Shown: in pieces, positions 10,663 to 19,609 of the stretch | Layout of the letters: each line of letters begins with the position of its first letter | Position numbering within the stretch: the first letter of the stretch is position 1 | Made by a program: the position numbers and the translations under genes | Source: Candidatus Gastranaerophilales bacterium | GTDB lineage: Bacteria > Cyanobacteriota > Vampirovibrionia > Gastranaerophilales > Gastranaerophilaceae | DNA length: 64,000 nt | Direction: 5' to 3' | Assembly: GCA_944325145.1 (NCBI GenBank) | Contig: CALYDL010000003.1 | Coordinates: forward strand, 30,559 to 94,558 | The notes under the pieces: model-generated | What the model was told of the DNA's origin: nothing | The model's input: only the letters and a program-made list of their open reading frames with translations | The model's database searches: none

Positions 10663-10695
10663 AACGCCTTTTGGTAATACAAAAGGCGTTTTTTG
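10663..10695 (+). terminator. intrinsic terminator
   Basis: AACGCCTTTTGG-TAATAC-AAAAGGCGTT followed by TTTTT. Confidence 0.7.
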
Positions 10696-10800
10696 CAGGT
10701 TGAAAACATTTTGCTTTAAAAATATAAGGCCATTAGCTCCAAAAAATAGCTTGCTTTTAATTTTTATGGTAATATTTCTTAAAAAAAGAGAAATGGAATT

Positions 10801-11841
10801 ATGATACAATTAACGCAAGCGCATATTTTAGGGGCAATCATTGCCTATCTTTTAGGGGTTTTTATAGTTCCCATTGTTATTTATTATTCAGATAAAATGG
10901 GGCTTGTAGATGTTCCAAACGAAAGAAAAATTCACAAAGGAAAAATTTCAAGGCTTGGTGGCATTGGAATTTGGCTTGCCGTTATGCTCACATTTTTGTT
11001 TTTGGTTTTATTAAGCTATTACCCAAAGGGCCAAGGGTTATCGGGCATTATTGTGGGCGGTTCTTTAATGTTTTTATTGGGGCTTATAGATGACCTTTTC
11101 TGTTTGAACGCAAAATTTAAACTCTTTTTGCAAATTGTAATTGCTACAATGGTGCTTTTATTGGGTGTTAGAATAGATGAAGTTTATAACCCGTTTGGAA
11201 ATAATTTTGAACTCGGCCTATTGGCATATCCCATAACCTTGCTTTGGATTGTAGGCATTACAAATGCAATTAATTTTATAGATGGTATAGACGGTTTGGC
11301 AGGTTCTGTTGTTACGATAGGTTCTGTTGCAATTGCGATAATTTCAATTGTTGCAACGCCATCTTCCCCAATTTCTGCTTTGGTTGCAATAATTTTATCA
11401 GGCGCCATGCTTGCATTTTTAACTTTTAATTATAACCCCGCTAAAATTTTTATGGGAGATTCAGGCGCTTTATTTGCAGGGTTTATGTTATCAACCCTTT
11501 CAATTACGGGTATTATGGACGCTGGAACGCCTTTAATGTATCTTCCTTTCTTAATTTTGGCTATTCCAATTTTAGATGTGGCATATTCATCATTAAGGAG
11601 AATTTCAAAAGGAAAAAGCCCTTTTGTTGCAGATTCTGAACACATTCACCACAAATTGCTGCACCACGGGTTTTCGCAAGATTTGGCAGTTTTAACATTG
11701 TCATCTGTTTCAATGGCATGTGCTATTGTTGCAATAATTATTACAGGCTTTTTGAACAGATACTTTATTTTTGCAATTGCACTTGCTTTTGTTCTTTTTC
11801 TTTTAAATGCAGTTTCAAAAACCATTAAGAAAAAAGCGTAA
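10801..11841 (+). CDS. glycosyltransferase family 4 polyprenyl-phosphate sugar-1-phosphate transferase (MraY/WecA/TagO-like)
   Basis: 346 aa, multi-TM. NAINFIDGIDGLA, FMGDSGALFAGF. Its stop codon lies inside the first repeat unit of array A. Confidence 0.85.
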   Translation: MIQLTQAHILGAIIAYLLGVFIVPIVIYYSDKMGLVDVPNERKIHKGKISRLGGIGIWLAVMLTFLFLVLLSYYPKGQGLSGIIVGGSLMFLLGLIDDLFCLNAKFKLFLQIVIATMVLLLGVRIDEVYNPFGNNFELGLLAYPITLLWIVGITNAINFIDGIDGLAGSVVTIGSVAIAIISIVATPSSPISALVAIILSGAMLAFLTFNYNPAKIFMGDSGALFAGFMLSTLSITGIMDAGTPLMYLPFLILAIPILDVAYSSLRRISKGKSPFVADSEHIHHKLLHHGFSQDLAVLTLSSVSMACAIVAIIITGFLNRYFIFAIALAFVLFLLNAVSKTIKKKA

Positions 11842-12226
11842 AGCCAGAGTGAAGGGCAAAATGATGAATTTTGCCCGAAACTGTTGAATTGCGACGTAGG
11901 ATAATCAAAGCTTGTGAGCGACAACGCTAGTGAAAGCGAACAAAAGCTTTGATACCCACAGGAGCAAAAAAGCATAAAGCCGTGTGTGTAGCCGTTAAAA
12001 ATGGCAAGACGTTATCGTCTTGGCATTTTAGGCGAAACCGTACGATGCCGCTGTTATGACGAAGTGAGCAAATGCGAACGAAGGAATGAACAAATCTTAG
12101 TAAAAATAAGAAGCGGTGCGACTTTGTCGCATAAGCTCTATTTTTACTGATTTGACAGGCGGAAAAAAGCATAAAACCAGAGCGAAGCTCAATGCGTTGA
12201 GCATTGAGCACAGCTATTGAATGTAC
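11836..12226 (+). repeat. modular hairpin-repeat array A
   Basis: Starts AGCGTAAAGCCAGAG overlapping the stop at 11839-11841. Contains hairpin 11854-11876, the core CTGTTGAAT..GACGTAGGATAAT..ATACCCACAGGAGC (11881-11965), a long hairpin module (12083-12163) and a further partial unit (12168-12226). Confidence 0.9.
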
Positions 12227-12286
12227 TAAAAAAATAAGTTGGGGCAAAAACCCCAACATATAAATTTTTCTACACGGTTTATTATT

Positions 12287-12314
12287 AAAAAACCCCTTAA
12301 GTTTAAGGGGTTTT
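12287..12314 (-). terminator. intrinsic terminator of leuS
   Basis: AAAACCCCTTAA-GTT-TAAGGGGTTTT just downstream of the leuS stop. Confidence 0.7.
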
Positions 12315-12318
12315 AATT

Positions 12319-14781
12319 TTATTTAACAACAATGTTTACAATTTTATCAGGAACAACAATTGTTTTAACAACTGTTTTACCATCCATAAATTGTTTTGTT
12401 TTTTCGCTGTTCATTGCCAGTTTTGTTAATTCATCGTTTGTTTGGCCTGCAGTTGTTTCAATTTTATCTCTAATTTTGCCATTAACTTGAACAATTAACA
12501 AAATATTATTTTGTTTGGTTTTTGTCATATCGGCAACCGGCCATTTTTGTTCGTGGATTGAACCAACGCCGCCTAATGTTTGATAAATTTCTTCAGACAT
12601 AAAGACGGCAACGGGTGAAATTAACTTTAACAACGTAACAAGCGCAAAGCTTAAAACATCATAGTTAATTGTTTCTTCGTCTTTAATGTAATCATAAATT
12701 GCATTTGTTAATTCTCTATATTTTGAAACAACCGTATTGAATTGAAATTCGTTTTCAATATCAGATGTTATTTTAGAAATTGATAAATGCACTTCTCTGA
12801 TTAAATCTTCCGCTTTTTTATCAACGGTTTCAGGCAGATTATATTCAAGTTTGATTTTATCTTGGAATTTTGAATATAGCCTGTAAACTCTGCATAAATA
12901 TTTATAGCAGCCTTCAACGCCTGCATCAGACCAATCAAAGTCACGAGCGGGGGGTGAATCTGAAATAATGAATAATCTTGCAGTGTCTGCCCCGTAGTTT
13001 GCAAAGATTTCATCGGGGTCAACCGTATTTCCTTTTGATTTAGACATTTTTGAACCGTCTTTTAAAACCATGCCTTGAGTTAAAAGGTTTTTAAAGGGTT
13101 CATCAAAATCTAATAAACCAATATCTCTCAATGCTTTTGTGAAAAATCTTGAATATAAAAGGTGTAAAATTGCATGTTCAATACCGCCAACATATTGATC
13201 AACCGGCAGCCATTTATTCACAAGTTCTTTACAAAACGGTTTTTTATCATTTTTTGCATCAGCATATCTTAAATAATACCAGCTTGAGCAAATGAAGGTA
13301 TCCATTGTGTCTGTTTCTCTAACTGCAGGAGCGCCGCAGATGGGGCAAACTGCATTTTGGAAAGTTTTGCTTGTTGTAATGGGAGATTTTCCTTGAACCG
13401 AAAAATCAACATCTGTTGGCAATTGAATTGGCAGGTCTTCTTCCCTAACGGGTTGAACGCCGCATTTTTCGCAATATACAACAGGAATGGGGGCGCCCCA
13501 ATATCTTTGCCTTGAAATTAACCAGTCTCTTAATCTGTATTGAACTTTTGAATGCCCAAAGCCCATTTTTTCAGCATATTCGGTTATTTTCTTTTTAGCT
13601 GTTTCATTGTCTATACCTGTAAATTCGCCACTGTTTACAAGAACGCCGGGGTCTTCAAAAACTTTATTTGGGTCATAACCTTCACCATCTATAACTTGAA
13701 TTATAGGAAGGTTGTATTTGGTTGCAAAATCAAAGTCTCTTGAATCATGCGCAGGAACTGCCATAACAGCGCCTGTGCCATAATCTGCAAGGGCGTAATC
13801 TGCAGCCCAAATCGGGCAAACTCTTCCTGTAAATGGGTTTATAATGTGAGTTCCCAAGGGAACGCCCGTTTTAATTCTTTCTGTTGACTGCCTTTCAATT
13901 TCAGACATTTTTTTAGCGTTTTCTCTGTAATTATGAACCGCTTCTAAGTTTTCTTTTGTTGTTAATTTTTCAATGTCTTTATATTCAGGCGCAACAACAA
14001 GATATGTAATACCGTATGCGGTATCAGGCCTTGTTGTGAAAACGGGAATTTCTAAGCCTTCAATTTCTTTTACTTTAAATTTTAAAATTGTGCCGTATGA
14101 TTTTCCAATCCAATTAGCTTGCATTGTTTTAACGTTGTCGCCCCAGCCTTTTAATTTATCAAGGTCATCAAGCAAAACTTCTGCGTAATCTGTTATCTTT
14201 AAAAACCATTGTGAAAGGTTTTTCTTTGTAACTTCAGAATCACATCTCCAGCATTTGCCATCAATTACTTGTTCGTTTGCAAGAACGGTTGCGCATTTTT
14301 CGCACCAGTTAACAGGGGCTTCTTTTTTATATGCTAAGCCTTTTTTAAAAAGTTCAATAAAAAGTTTTTGGGTCCATTTATAATAATCTTCTTTGCAGGT
14401 GGCAACTTCTCTGTCCCAATCAACAGAAAGCCCAAGCATTTTTAATTGCTTTTTCATATATTCAATGTTATCAAGAGTCCATTTTTTGGGGTTTGCGCCG
14501 TGTTGAATAGCAGCGTTTTCAGCAGGCATACCAAATGAATCCCAGCCCATAGGGTGAAGTACATTATAGCCCATTGCCCTTTTAAACCTTGCAATAACAT
14601 CTGTTATTGTATAGTTTCTAACATGCCCCATATGCAATTTGCCTGAAGGATACGGAAACATTGAAAGTGCATAATATTTTGGTTTGTCTGAATCGTCATA
14701 AGTTTTATATGTTTTGTTTTTATCCCAAAATTCAACCCATTTTTTTTCTGTTTTTTGAGGGTAATATTCATTTTCCAACAT
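12319..14781 (-). CDS. leuS: leucine--tRNA ligase
   Basis: 820 aa. HMGHVRNY (HIGH) and KMSKSKGN (KMSKS) motifs. Confidence 0.95.
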   Translation of the reverse strand: MLENEYYPQKTEKKWVEFWDKNKTYKTYDDSDKPKYYALSMFPYPSGKLHMGHVRNYTITDVIARFKRAMGYNVLHPMGWDSFGMPAENAAIQHGANPKKWTLDNIEYMKKQLKMLGLSVDWDREVATCKEDYYKWTQKLFIELFKKGLAYKKEAPVNWCEKCATVLANEQVIDGKCWRCDSEVTKKNLSQWFLKITDYAEVLLDDLDKLKGWGDNVKTMQANWIGKSYGTILKFKVKEIEGLEIPVFTTRPDTAYGITYLVVAPEYKDIEKLTTKENLEAVHNYRENAKKMSEIERQSTERIKTGVPLGTHIINPFTGRVCPIWAADYALADYGTGAVMAVPAHDSRDFDFATKYNLPIIQVIDGEGYDPNKVFEDPGVLVNSGEFTGIDNETAKKKITEYAEKMGFGHSKVQYRLRDWLISRQRYWGAPIPVVYCEKCGVQPVREEDLPIQLPTDVDFSVQGKSPITTSKTFQNAVCPICGAPAVRETDTMDTFICSSWYYLRYADAKNDKKPFCKELVNKWLPVDQYVGGIEHAILHLLYSRFFTKALRDIGLLDFDEPFKNLLTQGMVLKDGSKMSKSKGNTVDPDEIFANYGADTARLFIISDSPPARDFDWSDAGVEGCYKYLCRVYRLYSKFQDKIKLEYNLPETVDKKAEDLIREVHLSISKITSDIENEFQFNTVVSKYRELTNAIYDYIKDEETINYDVLSFALVTLLKLISPVAVFMSEEIYQTLGGVGSIHEQKWPVADMTKTKQNNILLIVQVNGKIRDKIETTAGQTNDELTKLAMNSEKTKQFMDGKTVVKTIVVPDKIVNIVVK

Positions 14782-14883
14782 AAGAAAAAATTCCTTTTAA
14801 ATTTATTGAACCTGTTTATTATAACTTAAAAAAAAATATTGGAAAATAAATAAGGCGCCTTTTATATTTGGCGCCTTTTTATT

Positions 14884-16488
14884 TTATTTTTTTCTGTTTA
14901 TGGCCGCTTTTATAAGCCCTTTAAATAACGGGTGCGCTTCTTCGGGGCGAGATTTAAACTCGGGGTGGAATTGGCAAGCAACGTGCCAATCATTTTTCGG
15001 GTATTCAACAACTTCGGCTAATAACCCGTCAGGTGATGACCCTGAAATTATAAGCCCACTATCTTCAATTAATTTTTTATATTCATTATTAACTTCATAT
15101 CTATGGCGGTGGCGTTCTTCTATAATTTTTTTACCGTATGCTTTTTGTGCTTTTGAACCGTCTTTTAAGTGGCAGGGGTAACTTCCCAATCTCATTGTGC
15201 CACCGTAGCCTGCAACATTTTTTTGTTCAACCATAAGGTCAATTACGGGGTATTTTGTGTTTTCATCAAATTCCGTGCTGTTTGCACCATCTAACCCTGC
15301 AACATTTCTTGCATATTCAATAACCGCACATTGAAGCCCCAAACATAACCCTAAAAACGGCAAATTGTTTTCTCTTGCATATCTTATTGCATTTAACTTG
15401 CCTTCAATGCCGCGAACACCAAAGCCCCCGGGGATTACAAGCGCATCAACATCATTTAATAATTCTTTTGTTTTTTGGGTATCTTTGCAATCTTCACTTG
15501 CAAGCCACTTAATGTTTACTTTTTTATCAAATTCAAGCCCTGCGTGCTTTAGAGATTCAACAACAGAAATGTAAGCGTCGTTTAATTCTGTATATTTTCC
15601 TGCAAGTGCAACGGTTAATTCGCCTTTCGGGTTTTTAATTTTATCAACAAGTTTTTCCCAAGAAGCTAAATTCGGGCGTTTATCTTTCATATTTAAAAGT
15701 TTTAAAACAGCGCCTGCCATATTTTGCGCTTCAAGCGCCAATGGCACTTCATAAATAGATTTCATATCTTTGCATTCAAAAACGCAATCTTTTTGAACCG
15801 AACAAAATAGCGCTATTTTTTCTTTTTCATTTTTATGAATTTCAACAGGGGTTCTGCAAACAAGAATTTCAGGCTGAATGCCATAGCTTCTTAAAACATA
15901 AACGCTATGCTGCGAAGGTTTTGTTTTAAGTTCGCCTGAAGTTTGAAGATAAGGCAATAAAGTAACATGGATTGAAATAGAATTTCCAATGCCTTCTTCA
16001 AGCCTGAATTGTCTGATTGCTTCAATAAAAGGCAAACTTTCAATGTCGCCTATTGTGCCGCCGATTTCTGCTATTAAAAAATCGGGGTTAAATTGTTGTT
16101 TTGCCTTTAATAATCTTGCTTTAATTTCATTTGTAATATGGGGAATTGTTTGAACGGTGGCACCTAAATATTCGCCCCTTCTTTCTTTTTCAATAACCGT
16201 TTGATAAACAGAGCCTGATGTAACATTGTTTATTTGGTGTAATGATGTATTTGTAAACCTTTCATAGTGCCCAAGGTCAAGGTCTGTTTCTGCGCCGTCA
16301 TCTGTTACAAAAACTTCGCCATGTTGAAATGGGCTCATAGTTCCGGGGTCAACATTTATATAAGGGTCAAATTTTTGAATTGCAACACTAAACCCTCTTG
16401 CTCTTAAAAGTTTTCCTAAACTTGCAGCAACAATGCCTTTTCCTAATGAACTGACAACACCGCCTGTAATAAAAATATATTTTGTCAT
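14884..16488 (-). CDS. pyrG: CTP synthase
   Basis: 534 aa. MTKYIFITGGVVSSLGKG, GLCLGLQ glutaminase Cys, HRHRYE. Confidence 0.95.
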   Translation of the reverse strand: MTKYIFITGGVVSSLGKGIVAASLGKLLRARGFSVAIQKFDPYINVDPGTMSPFQHGEVFVTDDGAETDLDLGHYERFTNTSLHQINNVTSGSVYQTVIEKERRGEYLGATVQTIPHITNEIKARLLKAKQQFNPDFLIAEIGGTIGDIESLPFIEAIRQFRLEEGIGNSISIHVTLLPYLQTSGELKTKPSQHSVYVLRSYGIQPEILVCRTPVEIHKNEKEKIALFCSVQKDCVFECKDMKSIYEVPLALEAQNMAGAVLKLLNMKDKRPNLASWEKLVDKIKNPKGELTVALAGKYTELNDAYISVVESLKHAGLEFDKKVNIKWLASEDCKDTQKTKELLNDVDALVIPGGFGVRGIEGKLNAIRYARENNLPFLGLCLGLQCAVIEYARNVAGLDGANSTEFDENTKYPVIDLMVEQKNVAGYGGTMRLGSYPCHLKDGSKAQKAYGKKIIEERHRHRYEVNNEYKKLIEDSGLIISGSSPDGLLAEVVEYPKNDWHVACQFHPEFKSRPEEAHPLFKGLIKAAINRKK

Positions 16489-16546
16489 TTTCTTTCCTTA
16501 CTTAATTTTTTTCATCTTCCGGCACATATATGAAAAGTCCCTAAAA

Positions 16547-16828
16547 TTAACTTATTTTAGGGACTTTAAAATAATCTTGTTCAACTTCGGGGGCATTTGC
16601 CATTAATTCCTCTCTTGTGCTGTCGTATCGGGCAACGTCTTCCCTCATCACATTTGAGAAATCTATCGGGTGATTCATTGGTTCAACCCCTGTTGTGTCA
16701 ACTTCGTTCAACTGTTCCATATATTTTAAAATATCGCCTAATTGTTTTGAAAATTTAACTTTTTCATCTTCCGTTAAATTTAACCTTGCTAAGCGGGCAA
16801 CATGTTCAACGTCTTTAATTTCAATCAT
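16547..16828 (-). CDS. gatC: Asp/Glu-tRNA(Asn/Gln) amidotransferase subunit C
   Basis: 93 aa. VEHVARLARLNLTEDE and the overall pattern are typical of GatC. Confidence 0.85.
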   Translation of the reverse strand: MIEIKDVEHVARLARLNLTEDEKVKFSKQLGDILKYMEQLNEVDTTGVEPMNHPIDFSNVMREDVARYDSTREELMANAPEVEQDYFKVPKIS

Positions 16829-16920
16829 TTTATTTACCTCAACTAAAGATTATAATACAAGAAAAAAAATATGGTTGTAAAGTATTTGTAAAAAAGATAA
16901 AGATTAAATATAATAAAATT

Positions 16921-17571
16921 ATGGAAAAATACAACATTCTTATAGTTGAAGACCACGCTCTCACCCGTTTTGCGCTTTTAACCTCATTAAAAGAGGAAAA
17001 TTTTACAAATGAAATTTTTGAAGCGGAAAATGCGGTTAATGCTTATAAAATTTTAGCTGAAAATAAAGTTGACCTTGTTTTAATGGATTTGGGGCTGCCT
17101 GTTGTAGATGGCGTTCGGGCTTCTTTTGAAATTAAATCAAAATATCCTGATATTAAAATTATTGTAATCACATCTCATAACAACGAAGAAGAAATTGAAG
17201 GCTGCTTGGATGCAGGAATAAATGCATATTGTTCTAAAGATATAAAGCCTGAAAAATTAATTGAACTTATAAAAGATGTTATGGAAGGTTCCCTTTGGTA
17301 TGACCCAACAGCGTCTAAAATTTTAATGAAAAAAACATCTAAAATTAATAAAAATGATGAACAAGAAACTCAAAACAAATATAATTTAACATCAAAAGAA
17401 ATGAAGGTTCTTTTTCTTTTGGCAGAGGGCAATTCCAACCTTGAAATTGCAAGAAAAATGAACATTTCAATAAATACAACAAAAGTTCATATGTGCTCAA
17501 TCTTGCAAAAATTATCCGTTGATGACAGAACCCAAGCTGCAATTAAAGCAATAAGAGAAAATTTAACTTAA
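16921..17571 (+). CDS. response regulator, REC plus LuxR/GerE HTH (NarL type)
   Basis: DLVLMDLGLP receiver Asp. C-terminal LTSKEMKVLFLLAEGNSNLEIARKMNISINTVKVH. Confidence 0.85.
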   Translation: MEKYNILIVEDHALTRFALLTSLKEENFTNEIFEAENAVNAYKILAENKVDLVLMDLGLPVVDGVRASFEIKSKYPDIKIIVITSHNNEEEIEGCLDAGINAYCSKDIKPEKLIELIKDVMEGSLWYDPTASKILMKKTSKINKNDEQETQNKYNLTSKEMKVLFLLAEGNSNLEIARKMNISINTTKVHMCSILQKLSVDDRTQAAIKAIRENLT

Positions 17572-17574
17572 AAA

Positions 17575-18192
17575 ATGAATGAAATTGATGAAATAAAAAA
17601 AATTTTAATCATAGATGATAACCCGAACCCAACTGCTGATATGCTTAATATGTATGGGTTTGAAGTAACAATTGCATTAGATGGCAAGCAAGGTTTAATT
17701 GAATTAAACAAAAACATTGATAAATATGACCTTGTTTTATTGGATGTTATGATGCCTGTAATGGACGGGTGGACAACTTTAAAAAACATTAGAAACCATA
17801 AAATTTTAAGCTCTATTCCAATTATTATGCTGACTGCCATAGATGATGATTATAAGCAAGTTTCAGGCTTAAAATCGGGCGCTGATGATTACATAGTAAA
17901 ACCTTTTGTTTTCCCTAATTTATTAGCAAGAATTGAAGCGCTTCTTCGCCGCTCGAACTGGAACAAAGCGGAAGTTAAAAGAATGGAATCCATAAATTCA
18001 TTAACTTCAAGAGAAAAAGAAATTTTAAAACTTGTTTCTTTGGGCGATTCAAATGCAAAAATTGCAGAAAAGCTTTTTATAAGAGAAATTACCGTTAAAA
18101 CGCATCTTAACAATATTTACAGAAAAATTGGCGTTGATAACCGTGTTCAGGCTGCAATTGCCGCCATTGATGCAGGAATAAAAGATATTTAA
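17575..18192 (+). CDS. response regulator, REC plus LuxR/GerE HTH
   Basis: DLVLLDVMMP receiver Asp. LTSREKEILKLVSLGDSNAKIAEKLFIREITVKTH. Starts 3 nt after the preceding regulator. Confidence 0.85.
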   Translation: MNEIDEIKKILIIDDNPNPTADMLNMYGFEVTIALDGKQGLIELNKNIDKYDLVLLDVMMPVMDGWTTLKNIRNHKILSSIPIIMLTAIDDDYKQVSGLKSGADDYIVKPFVFPNLLARIEALLRRSNWNKAEVKRMESINSLTSREKEILKLVSLGDSNAKIAEKLFIREITVKTHLNNIYRKIGVDNRVQAAIAAIDAGIKDI

Positions 18193-18256
18193 AAAGGCTT
18201 GCGAAGTTATAAAAAATTTAATAAAATACCAATAACAGCGCATTGGAGAAAAATAA

Positions 18257-18793
18257 ATGGCAAATCTTTCAAAAGACAAATGGGTAGATTTAATTTTAAA
18301 CAACAAAGGCGAATATGAAGCCGCAAAATCTCAAACAGATGAAATTTTAGATTTATCCGAAATTGAAGTTTTGTCTTATGAAATATCTGATGTAAATTTA
18401 AACAACATTGATTTTACAGGCTCAACTTTTTCTGAAACTCAATTTACAAACGTAAATTTCACAGACAGCGATTTTACAAGCTGCGATTTTACAAGATGCC
18501 GCTTTGTTGAATGCGATTTTACAAATACAACCCTTTATGGGGCAGATTTTAGCTACGCCGAAGTTCATTATTGCAACTTCCAAGATGCTGATATGGCAGG
18601 TGCTATTTTAAATGAAGCAAATTTAGAAGAATCTGATTTTGCATTGAGTGAAAATTTATCTGCTTGCAGGTTTGATGAAGGCACAATTTGGCCCGATACA
18701 GATAAACTTCCTGAAGATTTTGATTCAACATATAGCTATGACCTATCTTCCCTTCAAGATGAAGAAGAAAAATCAGAAGCAGATTATTACTAA
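18257..18793 (+). CDS. pentapeptide-repeat protein
   Basis: Runs of A(D/N)LxX-type repeats (NLNNIDFTGSTFSETQFTNVNFTDSDFTSCDFTRCRF) and an acidic C-terminus. Confidence 0.8.
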   Translation: MANLSKDKWVDLILNNKGEYEAAKSQTDEILDLSEIEVLSYEISDVNLNNIDFTGSTFSETQFTNVNFTDSDFTSCDFTRCRFVECDFTNTTLYGADFSYAEVHYCNFQDADMAGAILNEANLEESDFALSENLSACRFDEGTIWPDTDKLPEDFDSTYSYDLSSLQDEEEKSEADYY

Positions 18794-18803
18794 ACTGCAA
18801 CTA

Positions 18804-19268
18804 TTAGTTGCCTTTATAGTGGCATCTACATTTGGGGTTGTTACATTTTCCGTCCTTAGTTATCTTTAGGATGTTGTTTGTTATGTATTCGACATCAAAA
18901 TCATATTTTCTGCCAAGATTTTCTACGCGCCTAAAATACACCATTTCTTTTTTAGGATTAGTTAAAATTAAAACAACTTTTCCCTTTTTGCCGGTCATTG
19001 CATTATAGTGTAATGCTTGCCCTATGCTCTCTGCCCACTTTTTGGCAAAATCAAATTCGACTGCATGGGTTTCTGTTAAGCAATCTACCCTTGTGTAGTC
19101 CGAATTTTCATATTCCATAATTCCGTTATGCAAATTGCACCATTCAATTTGGTAACTTGCCTCAGAATGTTTGAAATAATTGTAATTTTTGCAAATTGCC
19201 GGATTGGGTATTTCACAAATAAAGCAAATAAGAAAAAATTTTATATATGGACTGAAATTCCTGTTCAT
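18804..19268 (-). CDS. hypothetical protein with an N-terminal hydrophobic segment
   Basis: 154 aa. Block RVDCLTETHAVEFDFAKKWAESIGQALHY resembles a conserved hypothetical family, possibly a nuclease-like fold. Function not supportable. Confidence 0.4.
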   Translation of the reverse strand: MNRNFSPYIKFFLICFICEIPNPAICKNYNYFKHSEASYQIEWCNLHNGIMEYENSDYTRVDCLTETHAVEFDFAKKWAESIGQALHYNAMTGKKGKVVLILTNPKKEMVYFRRVENLGRKYDFDVEYITNNILKITKDGKCNNPKCRCHYKGN

Positions 19269-19296
19269 AGATAGAATATTAGTCCATTATAGGAAC

Positions 19297-19506
19297 ATGA
19301 GTCAAGTAATTAGACAAAAAATTGCAAATAAAATTTATGAGCTAAGGTTGCAATCTAAGTTGAGCAGAGAGGAATTATCCTTAAGGCTCGGGCTTGATAA
19401 TTCGTATATATCAAAACTAGAGCGTTGTAAAATAAATATTTCAATCGATAGACTTGAGGATATTGCGAATTTTTTCAATATTAAAATTGTAGAATTTTTT
19501 CAGTAG
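19297..19506 (+). CDS. XRE-family HTH transcriptional regulator
   Basis: Within ORF 19189..19506; ATG at 19297 (MSQVIRQK). LSREELSLRLGLDNSYISKLERCK. Confidence 0.75.
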   Translation: MSQVIRQKIANKIYELRLQSKLSREELSLRLGLDNSYISKLERCKINISIDRLEDIANFFNIKIVEFFQ

Positions 19507-19609
19507 ATTTATTGTTTTTGTTTATTGGTTATAAAACTCTTTTACATTTTGGCATAAGGAATTTTATATATTATAATTAAGTAAATTATTTTATATAAGG
19601 AGTTTTTAA

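Noticed and set aside
11836-12226. Possibility that the stop-codon-adjacent arrays are integron attC sites or gene cassettes.
   Set aside because: No RYYYAAC / GTTRRRY core sites, no intI-type integrase with adjacent attI/Pc, and one copy sits in an rRNA leader. The upstream genes (glk, a GT4 transferase) are ordinary chromosomal genes.
11646-12259. ORFs 11646..11975 and 11927..12259, plus the related 25864..26058, 47120..47404, 48840..49031 and 42011..42295. They share peptides such as SCGYQSFCSL and GIKAFVRFHLRSCSQALIILRRH.
   Set aside because: The similarity comes from translating the antisense strand of the hairpin-repeat arrays. The frames are not preserved between copies and hairpin stems change freely. 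The conservation is at the nucleotide or structure level.
14782-14883. Checked the leuS upstream region for a T-box leader, and the ilvD upstream region (19507-19609) for a leader or attenuator.
   Set aside because: No specifier-loop or T-box consensus (AANNNGGGTGGTACCGCG-like) and no terminator/antiterminator alternative. The only hairpin there is the pyrG terminator.
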